The notes under the pieces: generated by a model
Seen by the model: the letters and a program-made list of their open reading frames with translations, nothing else
Told to the model about the DNA's origin: nothing
The model's database searches: none
Shown here: piece by piece, positions 53,233 through 63,862 of the stretch
How positions within the stretch are numbered: the stretch's first letter is position 1
Layout: each line of letters starts with the position of its first letter
Program-made: the position numbers and the translations under genes
Assembly: GCA_963797555.1 (NCBI GenBank)
Contig: CAWCPV010000009.1
Span: 96,001 to 160,000, forward strand
From: an uncultured Gammaproteobacteria bacterium
GTDB taxonomy: Bacteria; Pseudomonadota; Gammaproteobacteria; CAWCPV01
Length of the DNA stretch: 64,000 nucleotides
Direction: 5' to 3'

Positions 53233-53817
53233 CTATTCGGCGGTGGACGGGTGCGGTACTGCGCGGCTTGCGTCCTGCTCTTGTGATGTCGGGTTCTCGA
53301 CGGCCCTGGCGATGATCGTGCGGGCCTCGCGGCCGGTGAGGGTCTCGCGCGCGAGAAGGACCCGGGCGAGGGCGCTCACGGCCCGCGACAGGTCGTCACG
53401 TCCGAGGACGTTCCAGGCGCGTTCCCGCAGCCGGCCCCAGCGATCACGGCTCTCCTCGTCGGAGCCGCAGCCCTGCTCGATCAGCCGGTAAGCCCGCTCC
53501 AGGTCATGCTGCGCGCTCGGCGCGCGGAAGCGCCGCTCGTACGGCCAGGCGGCCAGCGGTCCCGCCAGGTAGACGAGCACCGCGCGATCGAGGGCGGACC
53601 TATCCACCGTGTGCGGCCCGGGCGAGAAGTCACGGCAGAACCACACCCAGCCGCGACAGCGGGGTGTGCCGCGTATGCTGATGGTGCGGAACGCTGCTCC
53701 GAGGTGCCACCCCATGACGGCGTGCCCGGCCTCGTGAAAGGCGACGGCGGTGGCGCGCGGGGGTGGGCGGCGTGCGTCGGCTTCAGCGACTCCGGGGACG
53801 CTGGGGTCGGCACTCAT
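53233..53817 (-). CDS. Peptidase M41-like (HEAGH) hypothetical protein
   Basis: AFHEAGHAV, YLAGPLA, AQHDLERA, LLARETLTGRE; ATGA overlap with argE. Confidence 0.7.
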   Translation of the reverse strand: MSADPSVPGVAEADARRPPPRATAVAFHEAGHAVMGWHLGAAFRTISIRGTPRCRGWVWFCRDFSPGPHTVDRSALDRAVLVYLAGPLAAWPYERRFRAPSAQHDLERAYRLIEQGCGSDEESRDRWGRLRERAWNVLGRDDLSRAVSALARVLLARETLTGREARTIIARAVENPTSQEQDASRAVPHPSTAE

Positions 53818-54980
53818 GCGGCCTGCGGTCCCTGCACGCAGAGCCGATGGATCAGGCTCCTCAGCAGGTCGACGGTAGGCGCGATCCGGTCCATGGCCAG
53901 GAACTCGTTCGGCTGGTGCGCCTGCTCGATATTTCCGGGACCCAAGATGAGAGGAGTAGTGCCCAACTGCATGAAAAACGGCCCTTCCGTACCAAAAGCG
54001 ACGGCTCCTGCAGGTTCCCCGGTCAGTTCCTCGGCGGCGCGCACGAGCGGGGAGCGCGCGTCCACCTCCAAGGCCGGGATCCCGGGGAAAAGCGGTACCG
54101 TGCGCACCGTGAGGCCGGCATCTCCCACGGATTCCGCGACCCGCTCGGCGAGTGTGCGGCGCAGCTCCTCCAAAAGCATCCCGGGCAGGGGGCGCAGCTC
54201 GACACGCAGCTCGCAGTGGGCGCAGATGCGGTTGGGGTTGTCCCCGCCGTGGATGTACCCGAGATTCAGAGTGGGAACGGAGACCTGGAAGGCATGGTTC
54301 ACGAACCTGCCCTGTAGGTCTGCACGCCAGCGCAGCAGCCCCTGGATGACCCGCTGCATCCCCTCCAGGGCGCTGGCTCCCAGACTCGGGTCGCTCGAAT
54401 GGCCGGAGCGGCCCTGGACGTGGACCGCCTCCCACATGACCCCCTTATGCATCCGCACGGGCTTCAGCCCCGTCGGCTCGCCGATGATGGCGTACCGCGC
54501 CCTGGGGCGACCGGCGGAGACCAGCGCCCGGGCACCCTCCATCCCACTCTCCTCGTCCGCGGTGGCGACCACGAAGAGGGGCTCGCTGAGGTCTTCTCCG
54601 ATGAAGCTGCGTGCCGCCTCCAAGGCCAAGGGGAAGAAGCCCTTCATGTCCGCTATGCCGAGACCGTATAGCCGCCCGTCCTGCTCGGTGAGTGTGAACG
54701 GGTCGAAGCGCCACAGTTCCTCATCATAGGGCACGGTGTCGGTGTGCCCCGCGAGGACCAGCCCGCCCGATCCTTCGCCGAGGGCAGCGATCAGGTTCGC
54801 CTTGTGGAGGGTTCCCGCCAGTGCCTGCACCTCGACGCGGAAGCCCAGCTCGTCGAGCCAGCTCGCCAGCAGGTCGATGACCCCGCGGTTGCCCTGATCG
54901 GTTCGGGGGTCAACGCTGCTCACCGACGGGACGGCGACTAGCCGACGCATCCTGTCCACCACGGCGGCTGAGGCGCTCAT
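53814..54980 (-). CDS. argE: Acetylornithine deacetylase
   Basis: GHTDTVPYD, GIADMKGF, ADEESGM, IIGEPT, QAHQPNE. Confidence 0.93.
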   Translation of the reverse strand: MSASAAVVDRMRRLVAVPSVSSVDPRTDQGNRGVIDLLASWLDELGFRVEVQALAGTLHKANLIAALGEGSGGLVLAGHTDTVPYDEELWRFDPFTLTEQDGRLYGLGIADMKGFFPLALEAARSFIGEDLSEPLFVVATADEESGMEGARALVSAGRPRARYAIIGEPTGLKPVRMHKGVMWEAVHVQGRSGHSSDPSLGASALEGMQRVIQGLLRWRADLQGRFVNHAFQVSVPTLNLGYIHGGDNPNRICAHCELRVELRPLPGMLLEELRRTLAERVAESVGDAGLTVRTVPLFPGIPALEVDARSPLVRAAEELTGEPAGAVAFGTEGPFFMQLGTTPLILGPGNIEQAHQPNEFLAMDRIAPTVDLLRSLIHRLCVQGPQAA

Positions 54981-55108
54981 GGGGCGATTCTGACCCTGTC
55001 GTGGAGGTGTACGCAAGGGCGCTGGCGGCAGATCCGCTCTTGGGAGTCAGGTAGCATGTGCCAAGCCGCGCGAAGCGGGGTTTCGACAGCAGCCATCGAG
55101 GATTGGCA

Positions 55109-55921
55109 ATGAAGGAGATCGACCAGCTCGCGAGCATTATGGCCCGCCTCCGCGATCCGGAAAGCGGCTGTCCCTGGGACCTGGCGCAATCCTTCGAGAG
55201 CCTCGTGCCCTTTACCATCGAGGAGGCGTACGAGGTGGCGGAGGCGGTGGAGCGAAGCGATCTTGATGAGCTGCGGAACGAGATCGGAGACCTGCTGTTC
55301 CAGGTAATTTTCTACTCCCAGCTCGCCGCAGAAGTGCGCCGGTTCGACTTTCGGGACGTGGTGGCCGGCATCGTGGATAAAATGGTCCGCCGCCATCCGC
55401 ACGTGTTCGCGGAGGCGCGCATCGGTAGTGCCGCCGATCAGAGCGTAGCCTGGGAGCATCACAAGGCGCGCGAGCGGCATGCCAAGGCGCACGCCCGGGG
55501 GGAGGCTCCCAGCCTGTTGGACGGGGTCAGCACGGCGCTACCGGCGCTCACGCGCGCGGGGAAGCTGCAGCGGCGTGCCGCCCGAGTGGGCTTCGACTGG
55601 CCAGCCGCGGATGCGGTGGCCGACAAGGTCCAGGAGGAGCTGCGGGAGATCCGCACGGCGCTGGCCGGCGGGGCGCGCCAGGAGCAGGTGGCAGAGGAGA
55701 TCGGTGATCTGCTGTTTAGCTGCGTCAATCTGGCGCGCCATCTGCACGTGGACCCGGAGTCGGCCCTGCGGGCGGGAAACCGGAAGTTCGAGCGGCGTTT
55801 CCGCCGGATGGAGGAGCTACTGGCCGGCAGCGGACGCCGGGCCGACGACGCGAGCCTGGAGGAGCTGGACGCGCTCTGGGAGCGGGTCAAGACCGAGGAG
55901 TCGGGAACGACCGCGGACTAG
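55109..55921 (+). CDS. mazG: Nucleoside triphosphate pyrophosphohydrolase
   Basis: LRDPESGCPWD, EEAYEV, GDLLFQV, RRHPHVF, VGFDW, EEIGDLLF. Confidence 0.95.
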   Translation: MKEIDQLASIMARLRDPESGCPWDLAQSFESLVPFTIEEAYEVAEAVERSDLDELRNEIGDLLFQVIFYSQLAAEVRRFDFRDVVAGIVDKMVRRHPHVFAEARIGSAADQSVAWEHHKARERHAKAHARGEAPSLLDGVSTALPALTRAGKLQRRAARVGFDWPAADAVADKVQEELREIRTALAGGARQEQVAEEIGDLLFSCVNLARHLHVDPESALRAGNRKFERRFRRMEELLAGSGRRADDASLEELDALWERVKTEESGTTAD

Positions 55922-56171
55922 CCGCCCCCTAAAGCGCGCCGCGCGGCACTGCGGCCGCGGCCTCCGCTTCAGGACGTATTAGAAGCTGACAGATATACGC
56001 CTCCGTGGCGTGGCGCCGCATCATGCGGTGGCTGTTGAAATAATAGCCATTCTTCCTCCTCGGGCGGGTTGCTCTCCACCAGCGGAAGCTCGAGGTCGGC
56101 TGCGGAGCGGGCGGTGTCCCCGCGAGGGCCCCCAGACCTCCGCTGTATGTGGCGATCTCCGGCCGCAGCCC

Positions 56172-56831
56172 TTACGGATCACCCGCCGGTTGGCTGATGA
56201 CGTGGGTGCGCTTGCGAGGTCGGGGCTTGCTCAGCAAGGTCAGGGCGTCGTCCAGCGCCGCGCGAGGCAGGACGATGCCATATTGCTGGGCGAGGCGGGC
56301 CGCGGTCTCCTCGACCGGGAGCGGGAACCCCTCCATGCGCTGGATAAAAGCGCTCACGTCCTCCATCACCGCCCACGGATAAATGATCCAGCGCCAGCGC
56401 AGGCTTCGGTGGGCGAAAAAGTCCGGCGTGAACGTGGACTTGTGCTTGTAGTACAACACTGCCGTTTGCACCGCCGCCGGCAGGTATTCGGCCAGCAGGT
56501 GCTCCATGGCGGCCTGCAGGGTCTCGCCGCTGTCGGTGAGGTCGTCCACCAGCAGGACCCGCAGACCCGACACGTCGATGGGTAGGGGAAAGCGGATATG
56601 GGTGCGCTTCACCTGAACCGCACCGGCGCCGTAGTGCACGATGCGCAGGCTGGTGAGGTCCGAGACCTGGAGGAAGTCCGCCAGGATGCGGGCCGGAACG
56701 AATCCGCCGCGGGCGATGGCGACGATGATATCCGGACGGAACCTCGACCCGATAATGTCCATGGCGACGCGGCGGCTTAGCCGGTACACCTCGCTCCAGC
56801 TCACGAGCTTGCAGGGCAGGCTGGTGGACAT
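56172..56831 (-). CDS. Type I phosphoribosyltransferase
   Basis: IVAIARGG, VLLVDDLTDSGETL PRPP loop, WIIYPW. Confidence 0.9.
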   Translation of the reverse strand: MSTSLPCKLVSWSEVYRLSRRVAMDIIGSRFRPDIIVAIARGGFVPARILADFLQVSDLTSLRIVHYGAGAVQVKRTHIRFPLPIDVSGLRVLLVDDLTDSGETLQAAMEHLLAEYLPAAVQTAVLYYKHKSTFTPDFFAHRSLRWRWIIYPWAVMEDVSAFIQRMEGFPLPVEETAARLAQQYGIVLPRAALDDALTLLSKPRPRKRTHVISQPAGDP

Positions 56832-57089
56832 ACACCTCCCGATAGCTGCCGATCAGCGCCCGGCCAGGACGCGGACCGTCGTGCGCTCGACCGGCCATCT
56901 CGAATCGCGCCGGCCCGGGGTCGAGGAGGCTGCTCGCCCCATCACCGGTTCCATCACCCTGGCCTTTCCCGTAACAGGGCGAAGGGGTGCGGCAGCGCCT
57001 GCGACGCGTTTTCAGCAGGACAAGCTTAAACGAGCGCGCCTCGGCCGGAAATAGCCGGGGCCGTCGTGGGGTCCGACACGCCCCCACCC

Positions 57090-57640
57090 TCGCCGGCGGG
57101 CACGCTGGTGTTTCGCGGCCCGAGCGGCGAGCGGGTGGTGCCCGTGGACCGGTTCTACCTCGGCACCTTCTACCCACAGATGAAGCCGCAGGATCTGCTC
57201 GTGGAGGTGCGGGTTCCGGTCCCGCCGCCGCACAGCGGGCACTCCTACAAGAAGCTCAAGCGCAAGGTCGGAGACTACGCCACGGCCGCCGCGGCGGTCC
57301 AACTGACGCTGGGGGGCGGCCTCCGGCAGCCACATCGGCTGCGAGACGTTGCACACGGCGCCTGTACCGTGGACCTGGACGGCAAGTCGGTCAAGTCTTG
57401 CACCGTGCTCGCGGCGCAGGCCGAGGGAAGCGCGGTGACGACGGTGGAAGGCTTGGCAGCCGACAGTCAGCCCATCCGGTGCAGGAAGGGTTCATGCAGG
57501 AGCACGGTCTGCACTGTGGCTTCTGCACGCCGGGCATGATGATGCGCCCCTACCGCTTATTGCAGGAGAACCCCGATCCGACCGAGGCCGAGATTCGCGT
57601 CGGGCTGTCGGGAAATCTCTGCCGCTGCACCGGCGCACAG
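57090..57640 (+). pseudogene. Fused relics of aerobic CO dehydrogenase medium (coxM) and small (coxS) subunits
   Basis: [33 protein letters not shown] joined to [28 protein letters not shown] and GNLCRCTG, with frameshifts; no coxL. Confidence 0.8.
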
Positions 57641-57709
57641 CCTCGACAGCCTCGCGGCGCTGGAGCAGTATCTCACCGGGCTGTGAGCGGGATCGCGGAG
57701 GAGGGTGGC

Positions 57710-58711
57710 ATGATGCTGGAGAGCGACCGGGTCTTGGAGAGGGCGGCAAGCCTGCAGTCGCAGGGGAGGCCGTTCGCCCTGGCCACGGTGGTGCGTTGCG
57801 AGTCCCCCACTTCCGCGAAGCCGGGTGCCAAGGCCCTGGTGGAGCCGGACGGGACCATCCACGGCTGGATCGGCGGGGGCTGCGCTCAGCCGGCCGTGAT
57901 CAAGACGGCCAAACGGGCGCTTGCGGAGGGTCGTCCATACCTCATCCGCATCAGTCCCGAAAAGGATGGCGCTATCGAGGAGGGCGTTCTGGACTTCGGT
58001 ATGACCTGCCACAGCGGCGGCACGCTGGATATCTTCATCGATCCGCTGGTGCCGCGCCCGCGTCTCTTGATCATCGGGGCCTCTCCGGCGGGGCAGTGTC
58101 TCTCCGCCCTGGCCGCGCGAGTCGGGTTTGCCGTCACGGCGGCGTTCCCGTGCGTCACCCCGGAAATGTTCCCGGACGCGGAGCGCCTGGTCGACGGCCT
58201 CGACGTGGCGGCGAAAGATCACCCGTCGGCGCATCTCGTGGTCGTCTCCACGCAGGGGAAGAGGGACGAGGAGGGACTGGAGGCGGCGCTCTCGACGGGT
58301 GCGTCCTACATCGCCTTTATCGCCAGTGAGCGCAAGGCGGCGAAGGTCAGGGACTATCTGCGCGAGCGCGGTCACGATCGGGCACGGGTCGACGCTATCA
58401 TGGCCCCGGCTGGGATCGAGATCGGGGCGGTGACTCCGGAAGAGATAGCCTTGTCGGTGCTTGCGGACGTCGTTCGGTATCGACGCGCGGCCAGTCCCGT
58501 CGAGGCGCCGAGCCGCGAAGGACCGCTCCAGCCGACCGGGCCTGGGGCGCAGGCCGTCGACCCGGTATGCGGCATGACGGTGGAGACGCGGGGCGCGGAG
58601 CATACCAGCTTGTACCGCGGCGAGACCTATTACTTCTGCTGCGCGGGCTGCCAGCATGCCTTCGAGAAGGCGCCCGAAGACTACCTCCCGGCGGCCGGGG
58701 CGCGAGCGTGA
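57710..58711 (+). CDS. XdhC/CoxF-family Moco chaperone with C-terminal YHS domain
   Basis: [40 protein letters not shown]; DPVCGM...YYFCCAGC. Confidence 0.88.
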   Translation: MMLESDRVLERAASLQSQGRPFALATVVRCESPTSAKPGAKALVEPDGTIHGWIGGGCAQPAVIKTAKRALAEGRPYLIRISPEKDGAIEEGVLDFGMTCHSGGTLDIFIDPLVPRPRLLIIGASPAGQCLSALAARVGFAVTAAFPCVTPEMFPDAERLVDGLDVAAKDHPSAHLVVVSTQGKRDEEGLEAALSTGASYIAFIASERKAAKVRDYLRERGHDRARVDAIMAPAGIEIGAVTPEEIALSVLADVVRYRRAASPVEAPSREGPLQPTGPGAQAVDPVCGMTVETRGAEHTSLYRGETYYFCCAGCQHAFEKAPEDYLPAAGARA

Positions 58712-59352
58712 CCAGCGTATCCGCCATCGTCCTGGCGGCCGGTGAGTCGCGCCGCATGGGTCCGGCCAACAAGCTGCTGTTGCCGGTCGGCGGCGTCCCG
58801 GTGCTGCGGCGCACCCTGGAGACCCTGCTGGCCTGCGGACTCGAGGAGATTGTAGTGGTGCTGGGTCACCAGCGCGACCGGGTGATCCCCGTGCTGCAGG
58901 GTTTGCCCCTGCAGACCACCGACAACGCGCATTACGCCGAAGGTCAGATGACTTCGGTGCGTGCCGGTCTGGCGAGCCTACGCCAGCCCTGTGACGGGGT
59001 GATGGTGTGCCTCGCCGACCAGCCGCTGCTGACCGTGCGGGAGCTCCGGGATCTGATGCGGGCGTTCGGGCGGCGCGGCGATCGTTCCATCTTGGTGCCG
59101 ACCTATCTGGGTCGTCGCGGCAATCCGATCATTCTGGCCTGGCGGCAGCGCGCTTGGATCCTGCAGAACGAGCCCAATCTGGGGTGCCGGCGGCTCATCG
59201 AACGCCACCCGGAGCGCGTGGCGACGCTGGAGATGGACACCGACCACGTGGTGTTCGACTTGGACACCCCCCTGGACTATCAGACGCTCCTGGCGCGGCT
59301 CGGTGAGGAGCGGGGAGCGGTGGCGACGGAAACGGGGGCGACGGCGGGATAG
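58708..59352 (+). CDS. Molybdenum cofactor cytidylyltransferase (MocA-like)
   Basis: [35 protein letters not shown]. Confidence 0.85.
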   Translation: MTSVSAIVLAAGESRRMGPANKLLLPVGGVPVLRRTLETLLACGLEEIVVVLGHQRDRVIPVLQGLPLQTTDNAHYAEGQMTSVRAGLASLRQPCDGVMVCLADQPLLTVRELRDLMRAFGRRGDRSILVPTYLGRRGNPIILAWRQRAWILQNEPNLGCRRLIERHPERVATLEMDTDHVVFDLDTPLDYQTLLARLGEERGAVATETGATAG

Positions 59353-59358
59353 CGCAAG

Positions 59359-60279
59359 GTGGCCAAGGATATCCTGGACGTCATACTGGAGATGCGGGCC
59401 CTGGGTCGCCCCTATGCCGTAGCGACCGTAGTAGAGACCCAGGGCTCGGTGTCGGCGAAGACCGGCGCCAAGGCGGTGATCGACCACGAGGGCCGCGTGG
59501 TGGCGGGGTGGGTCGGCGGGGGCTGCGCCGAGTCCACGACCTGCTACCAGGCGCTTCAGTGCATCGCCAAGGAACAGACTGCGCTGATCGATGTCGACAT
59601 GAACGACGAAGTCCTGGGTGTGGGGATGCCCTGCGGGGGGAGCATGCGCGTTTACGTCGAGCCGATCCTGCCGAAGCCGACCCTGTGGCTCTTGGGCCAC
59701 GGCAGGGTGGCGGAGTGTCTGTGCCTGCTCGGAGATCTCATGGGACTCGCCGTGGTGGCGAATGACCCCCTGGTAACGGCGGACAAGTATCCCGCGGCGA
59801 GCCGCCTCATTACCCACGACGCGGAATACGCCGAGCTGCAGCCCCTGCAGGGTGATTTCGTGGTGATTGGCACCCAGCACAAGGGCGACCACCGCTCCAT
59901 GCAGCGCGCCCTGCGCTCCAATGCCGGCTACATCGCCCTAATCGCCAGCCGCAAGCGCTCTCGGCTGGTGCTGGAGTACCTGCGCAAGGAGGGTTTCTCG
60001 GAAGAGGATCTGGCGCGCGTGCGGGCCCCCGCCGGGCTGGATTTGGGTGCCAGGACACCGGAGGAGATCGCGCTGTGCGTCATGAGCGAGATCGTCCTGG
60101 TGCGTCGTCGCGCCAGCGGGATGCCGATGCGCGACGCGCTGAGGGAGCCGCCCGAGCGCGTCGCTGCGGTCGGGGCAATGAGAACTTGCACCCGTCCCTG
60201 CTGCATGAGCACGCGCGCGAAATGCTTGAGCGGGCGGGAGGTGTTGCGGGTGAGATCGGCTTTCATGGTTCCCCCTTAG
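59359..60279 (+). CDS. XdhC/CoxI-family protein (last ~35 codons read into eCIS relic DNA)
   Basis: PYAVATVV, GWVGGGCAE, PCGGSM, APAGLDLGARTPEEIAL. Confidence 0.85.
   Translation: MAKDILDVILEMRALGRPYAVATVVETQGSVSAKTGAKAVIDHEGRVVAGWVGGGCAESTTCYQALQCIAKEQTALIDVDMNDEVLGVGMPCGGSMRVYVEPILPKPTLWLLGHGRVAECLCLLGDLMGLAVVANDPLVTADKYPAASRLITHDAEYAELQPLQGDFVVIGTQHKGDHRSMQRALRSNAGYIALIASRKRSRLVLEYLRKEGFSEEDLARVRAPAGLDLGARTPEEIALCVMSEIVLVRRRASGMPMRDALREPPERVAAVGAMRTCTRPCCMSTRAKCLSGREVLRVRSAFMVPP
60175..60266 (-). pseudogene. DUF6519-family (eCIS-associated) gene, first ~30 codons only
   Basis: RBS then MKADLTRNTSRPLKHFARVLMQQGRVQ, matching MKGDFxR.T..P.KH..RVL.QQGRVQ. Confidence 0.7.
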
Positions 60280-60534
60280 CTTGCGTAAATGATGCCTGAG
60301 TCCATCCCGGCAGGGGTGTACTCGTCGAACCGGGCGCGTAAGTTGGCCTCGCGTTGGGGCTGATAAAGATCGTGGAAGACGCCCATTTCGGACTCGTCGT
60401 CGGCGCCGCGTTTGATCGTAACCGTTCACCCCCCTGGAATATTTTGACCCGGAGGGCTGGACAAAACGGTTCCAGCGTGAGACAGTTGGGTGCCCTTGGC
60501 AGGATGTTCCTCGACCTCACTGTCACACACAATC

Positions 60535-62103
60535 ATGGTGCTCAAGGAGCACGACCTTCGTCAGCTCAGCGAGGAGCGCATTCTGGAGCTGAGGCAGAAG
60601 GATCCCGATGCGCTGGCAGCGCTGAGCATCCGCCTGCTGCAGGATCTCAAGGAAGCGTGGGAGCGGCTCAATCAGAGTCCCTCCAATAGCTCTCGTCCGC
60701 CGAGCAGTCAAGACCCCTGGCTGCGTGCGCGGGAGGACGAAGAGGCCGACGCCGGTCCTGAGGACGAGGAGGCCAAGAGCCGTTCTGAGGAGGATGGCCT
60801 CCCCGGGGCTGGCGGCCAGAAGGGCGCAAAGGACACGAGTGGCAAGACCTCAGGGACGCAGCGCCGAGCGGGCCGGCAGCCTGGCTCCCAGGGATTCGGG
60901 CGCGCCCAGAAGCTGACAGTCACCGATTGGGACCATCATCGGCCGGGAAGTTGTGCGCTGTGTGGTGGGGCGCTCAATCCTGAGCAGGCGAAGCCCTACA
61001 CCGCCTTTGATAGGCTGGACTTGGTCTTTGGCGATGAGCAGGCGCCGGGGCTGCGCCTGACCTGCACGCGGCAGGTATACTACCAGAGCCGTTGCGACTG
61101 TGGTCATGAGACCCGGCAGGCGCCGCACCGCGCGCCCGAGCACTTGGGATGCTGGCGAGGGGTGGAGCTTGGCGAGTGGCGCCTGGTGGGGCCGGGATTG
61201 TGCGCCTTCATCGTCTGGCTGCGGTTTCGGATGCGCCTGTCCATCCGCCTGGTCCGGGAGTTCCTGCACGAGGTGTTTGGGCTGGCGCTCGGCATCGGCA
61301 CCCTCCACCAATGCGTGATGGAGACCGCCCGTGCCTGCGAGCCGGTCGAGGATGAGCTGGTGACCCAGTTGCTGGAAGCGGCCCTCATGCATGCCGATGA
61401 GACACCGCACAAGCAATGGGGAGAGCCCTTGTGGTTATGGGTGTTCATCTCGGCCTCGACGGCGCTGTTCTTGGTCGGCTCTCGCGCCAAAGAGATGTTT
61501 CAGAACCTCATCGAGGATCTCTTCTGCGGCTATCTGATGAGCGATGGGTACCAGGTCTATCGGGACTATGCCAAGCGCCTGCGTTGCTGGGCGCATCTCA
61601 TTCGCAAGGCCCGGGGCCTGAGGGATTGCCTCTCGCCCACCCTCCAGGGCTACGGCCAGGCGGTCTATGACCTGCTCGATGCGCTGATGCAGGCCGTCTA
61701 TCACGCCCGCGAGGGACCGGGCGGCTCCCTGCGGCAAGCCCACCCGGGCGAGCTCAACGAGCTCACGGCCCTGTGTGAACGCATGAGCTGCTGCCCTTAT
61801 GACAAGGCCCAGGCGCTGGGCAAGGAGCTGCTCAACGACTGGGGGGCGATCTTCCGGGTGTTGGATGAGCCTCAGCTGCCGCTGACCAACAACGTGGCGG
61901 AGCGGGCGCTGCGTCACTGGGTGATTCTGCGTCGCATCAGCCAGGGGACCCGCAGCGAACAAGGCAGCCGGGCGCTGGCGCTGCTCGCCAGTGTGATCGA
62001 GACTTCTCGGCTGCGATTGAGCTCCCCGCTGTGCTATCTCAGAGATGTCCTCGCCCACCGACGCCGCGGCTTTGAGGCACCGCCGCTTCCTGCGCCCGCT
62101 TGA
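60535..62103 (+). CDS. IS66-family transposase
   Basis: NSSRPPS, Zn-finger CxxC, HADET, LMSDGY, RCWAHLIRK, TNNVAERALR. Confidence 0.92.
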   Translation: MVLKEHDLRQLSEERILELRQKDPDALAALSIRLLQDLKEAWERLNQSPSNSSRPPSSQDPWLRAREDEEADAGPEDEEAKSRSEEDGLPGAGGQKGAKDTSGKTSGTQRRAGRQPGSQGFGRAQKLTVTDWDHHRPGSCALCGGALNPEQAKPYTAFDRLDLVFGDEQAPGLRLTCTRQVYYQSRCDCGHETRQAPHRAPEHLGCWRGVELGEWRLVGPGLCAFIVWLRFRMRLSIRLVREFLHEVFGLALGIGTLHQCVMETARACEPVEDELVTQLLEAALMHADETPHKQWGEPLWLWVFISASTALFLVGSRAKEMFQNLIEDLFCGYLMSDGYQVYRDYAKRLRCWAHLIRKARGLRDCLSPTLQGYGQAVYDLLDALMQAVYHAREGPGGSLRQAHPGELNELTALCERMSCCPYDKAQALGKELLNDWGAIFRVLDEPQLPLTNNVAERALRHWVILRRISQGTRSEQGSRALALLASVIETSRLRLSSPLCYLRDVLAHRRRGFEAPPLPAPA

Positions 62104-62105
62104 GT

Positions 62106-62825
62106 TCAGCGCTCACCGCGCAGGCGCTCTCTGGCCTGCGGGTGCAGAGCGTAGAGGAAGACCCGCTTTATCGCTCTGCCATGGCGTTGGTGCGCACGGT
62201 CCATGCGCCCGCGTCCGCTGGTCTCGCCCACCTCGCACCAGTTGGCCGCCCGGTAGCAGGTCCCGGCAAAGCGCAGCCGATCCACGCATCGCGGGCCTGC
62301 ATGCGCCAGGCCGGGCTGGTGTAGGTGAGCCCGCCCAACACCTCCCCCTCCCGGCGCTGGGAGCGGATGAGATAGACCAACTGGGCCCCAAAGGGTGTGG
62401 CATAGCCCAAGTAGTGATAGCGCGCGAGAAGCTCGCGCCACAAATGCCCGTCCCTCGGCCTGGCGCACTAACTGAAGCTCCACCGGGGCCACCTCCTGCA
62501 GCGCACCGGCAATCTCGCCGCGGCGTTCGCCCCGATCGGTCTGCGCAGTGCAGGTGCGCCGCCCCTTGGGCCTGCCCGTGCGCTTGGCGGGAAGCCCCAG
62601 ATCCCCCGAGCTTCCAACCGCTCCAGTAGATCCCGACCCTCGCGGGACTTCAGGGCTCCGTTGTCCCGTCTCCACCCCAGCAGCTCACAGATGGTCTGCG
62701 CCAGCTCAAAACGACTCAGGCCCACGCACATCGACACCATTCGGACGATGGCGGAGATCTCCTCTTCGGTAAAGCTCCGGCCGCTCGCCGTGATCGCCTG
62801 GCGGAATAGAGGGCTCTTGATCCAT
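62106..62825 (-). pseudogene. DUF4338 (Druantia DruA-like) protein, degenerate
   Basis: SGRSFTEEEI..LSRFELAQTICELLGWRRDNG, WRELLARYHYLGY, RDAWIG, RFAGTCYRAANW across frameshifts and a stop. Confidence 0.75.
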
Positions 62826-63042
62826 GAGCCGGGAGTGTACGACAAGCCGAGCGGCTCTGCTGCGCTGGACGCGCTCTTAACGCATCGATCAACTGGTGGG
62901 AGGGTCTGAACGGTTACCGTTTGATCTCGTCTGCGGAGGCATCCGCAAGCTGGCAGTACGTCGGGATACCGTAACGCGTGCTGTTGAACTCGGGCGCGAC
63001 GCGCAAGCGCTCGCTTTCCTGGAGCATGTCTCTTTCCTCCGC

Positions 63043-63862
63043 CGTTATGTGCACGACTCCAATGGGGCAGAAGCGTTCATCCGAGACTGCATCCGGCAGG
63101 TGCGGGCTGCCCTGCCAAAAGTCATCATCGAGGTGCGCGCCGACAGCGCCTTCTTCAGCGACTCCCTCGTCGGCCTGCTGCAAAGCGAGAAGGTGCAGTA
63201 CACGCTGAGTGTCCCCTTCGAGCGCTGGACCGAACTGAAGCAACGCATTGAGACGTGCCAGCGTTGGTTGCCCCTGGACGACGAACAAGCCTATTTCGAG
63301 GCTCAGTGGAAGCCGAAGTCCTGGCACTTGTATCATCGCTTCCTGTTCATCCGCAGAACGGTGAGGCAACAGTCCAAGGGCCCCCTACAGCTCGATCTCT
63401 TCATCCCTTACCAGTACGGTTACGAGTTCAAGGTGATGATCACCAACAAGCCCCAGCACGCCGCTGAGGTGGTGGCCTTCCACAACGGCCGCGGTGCTCA
63501 GGAGGGATTGTTCGCAGAGCTCAAGTCCGACAACCAACTCGACTATGTGCCCACCCGCACCTGGGTGGGCAACCCGATCTATCTGCTCTCGACAGTGCTC
63601 GCGCACAACCTCAGCCGGGAGCTTCAAATGATAGCGCGCCCACTACCCCGCCGTGTCTCGCAGAAACGGCCCGCATTGTGGGACTTCGCCCGTCTCAATA
63701 CGCTGCGCTGCCGGCTCATCCAGCGCGCCGGTCGCCTGATCCGCCCACAGGGTCGATTGACCCTGTCGATGAGCGCCAATTCAGCCGTCCAGCACGAGCT
63801 GTTGCATTATCTGCAGGCCCTGCAGAAAGCGGCATGATCAGAAAGGTTTTGCAACGATAGGG
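63043..63862 (+). mobile_element. IS1380-family transposase, 5'-truncated, with right end
   Basis: VHDSNGA, VRADSAFFS, FHNGRGAQEGLFAELK, LAHNL; CDS stop at 63837. Confidence 0.8.

Larger units (their letters stand above)
60418..62917 (+). mobile_element. IS66-family element (2500 bp): single transposase plus DUF4338 passenger
   Basis: IRs GTAACCGTTCACCCCCT / GTAACCGTTCAGACCCT; 9-bp direct repeat CGTTTGATC on both flanks. Confidence 0.88.
60276..63045 (-). pseudogene. C-terminus of an eCIS-associated tail/baseplate gene, split by the IS66 element
   Basis: Joining 62918-63045 to 60276-60408 gives RVAPEFNSTRYGIPTYCQLADASADEIKRGADDESEMGVFHDLYQPQREANLRARFDEYTPAG in frame. Confidence 0.7.

Noticed and set aside
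56021-56062. Strong RBS with a 9-codon ORF (MAIISTATA) on the minus strand
   Set aside because: Too short to interpret; could be a gene remnant; no attenuator structure seen.
62106-62825. Druantia anti-phage system
   Set aside because: Only a decayed DUF4338 inside an IS; no DruE helicase or other partner genes.
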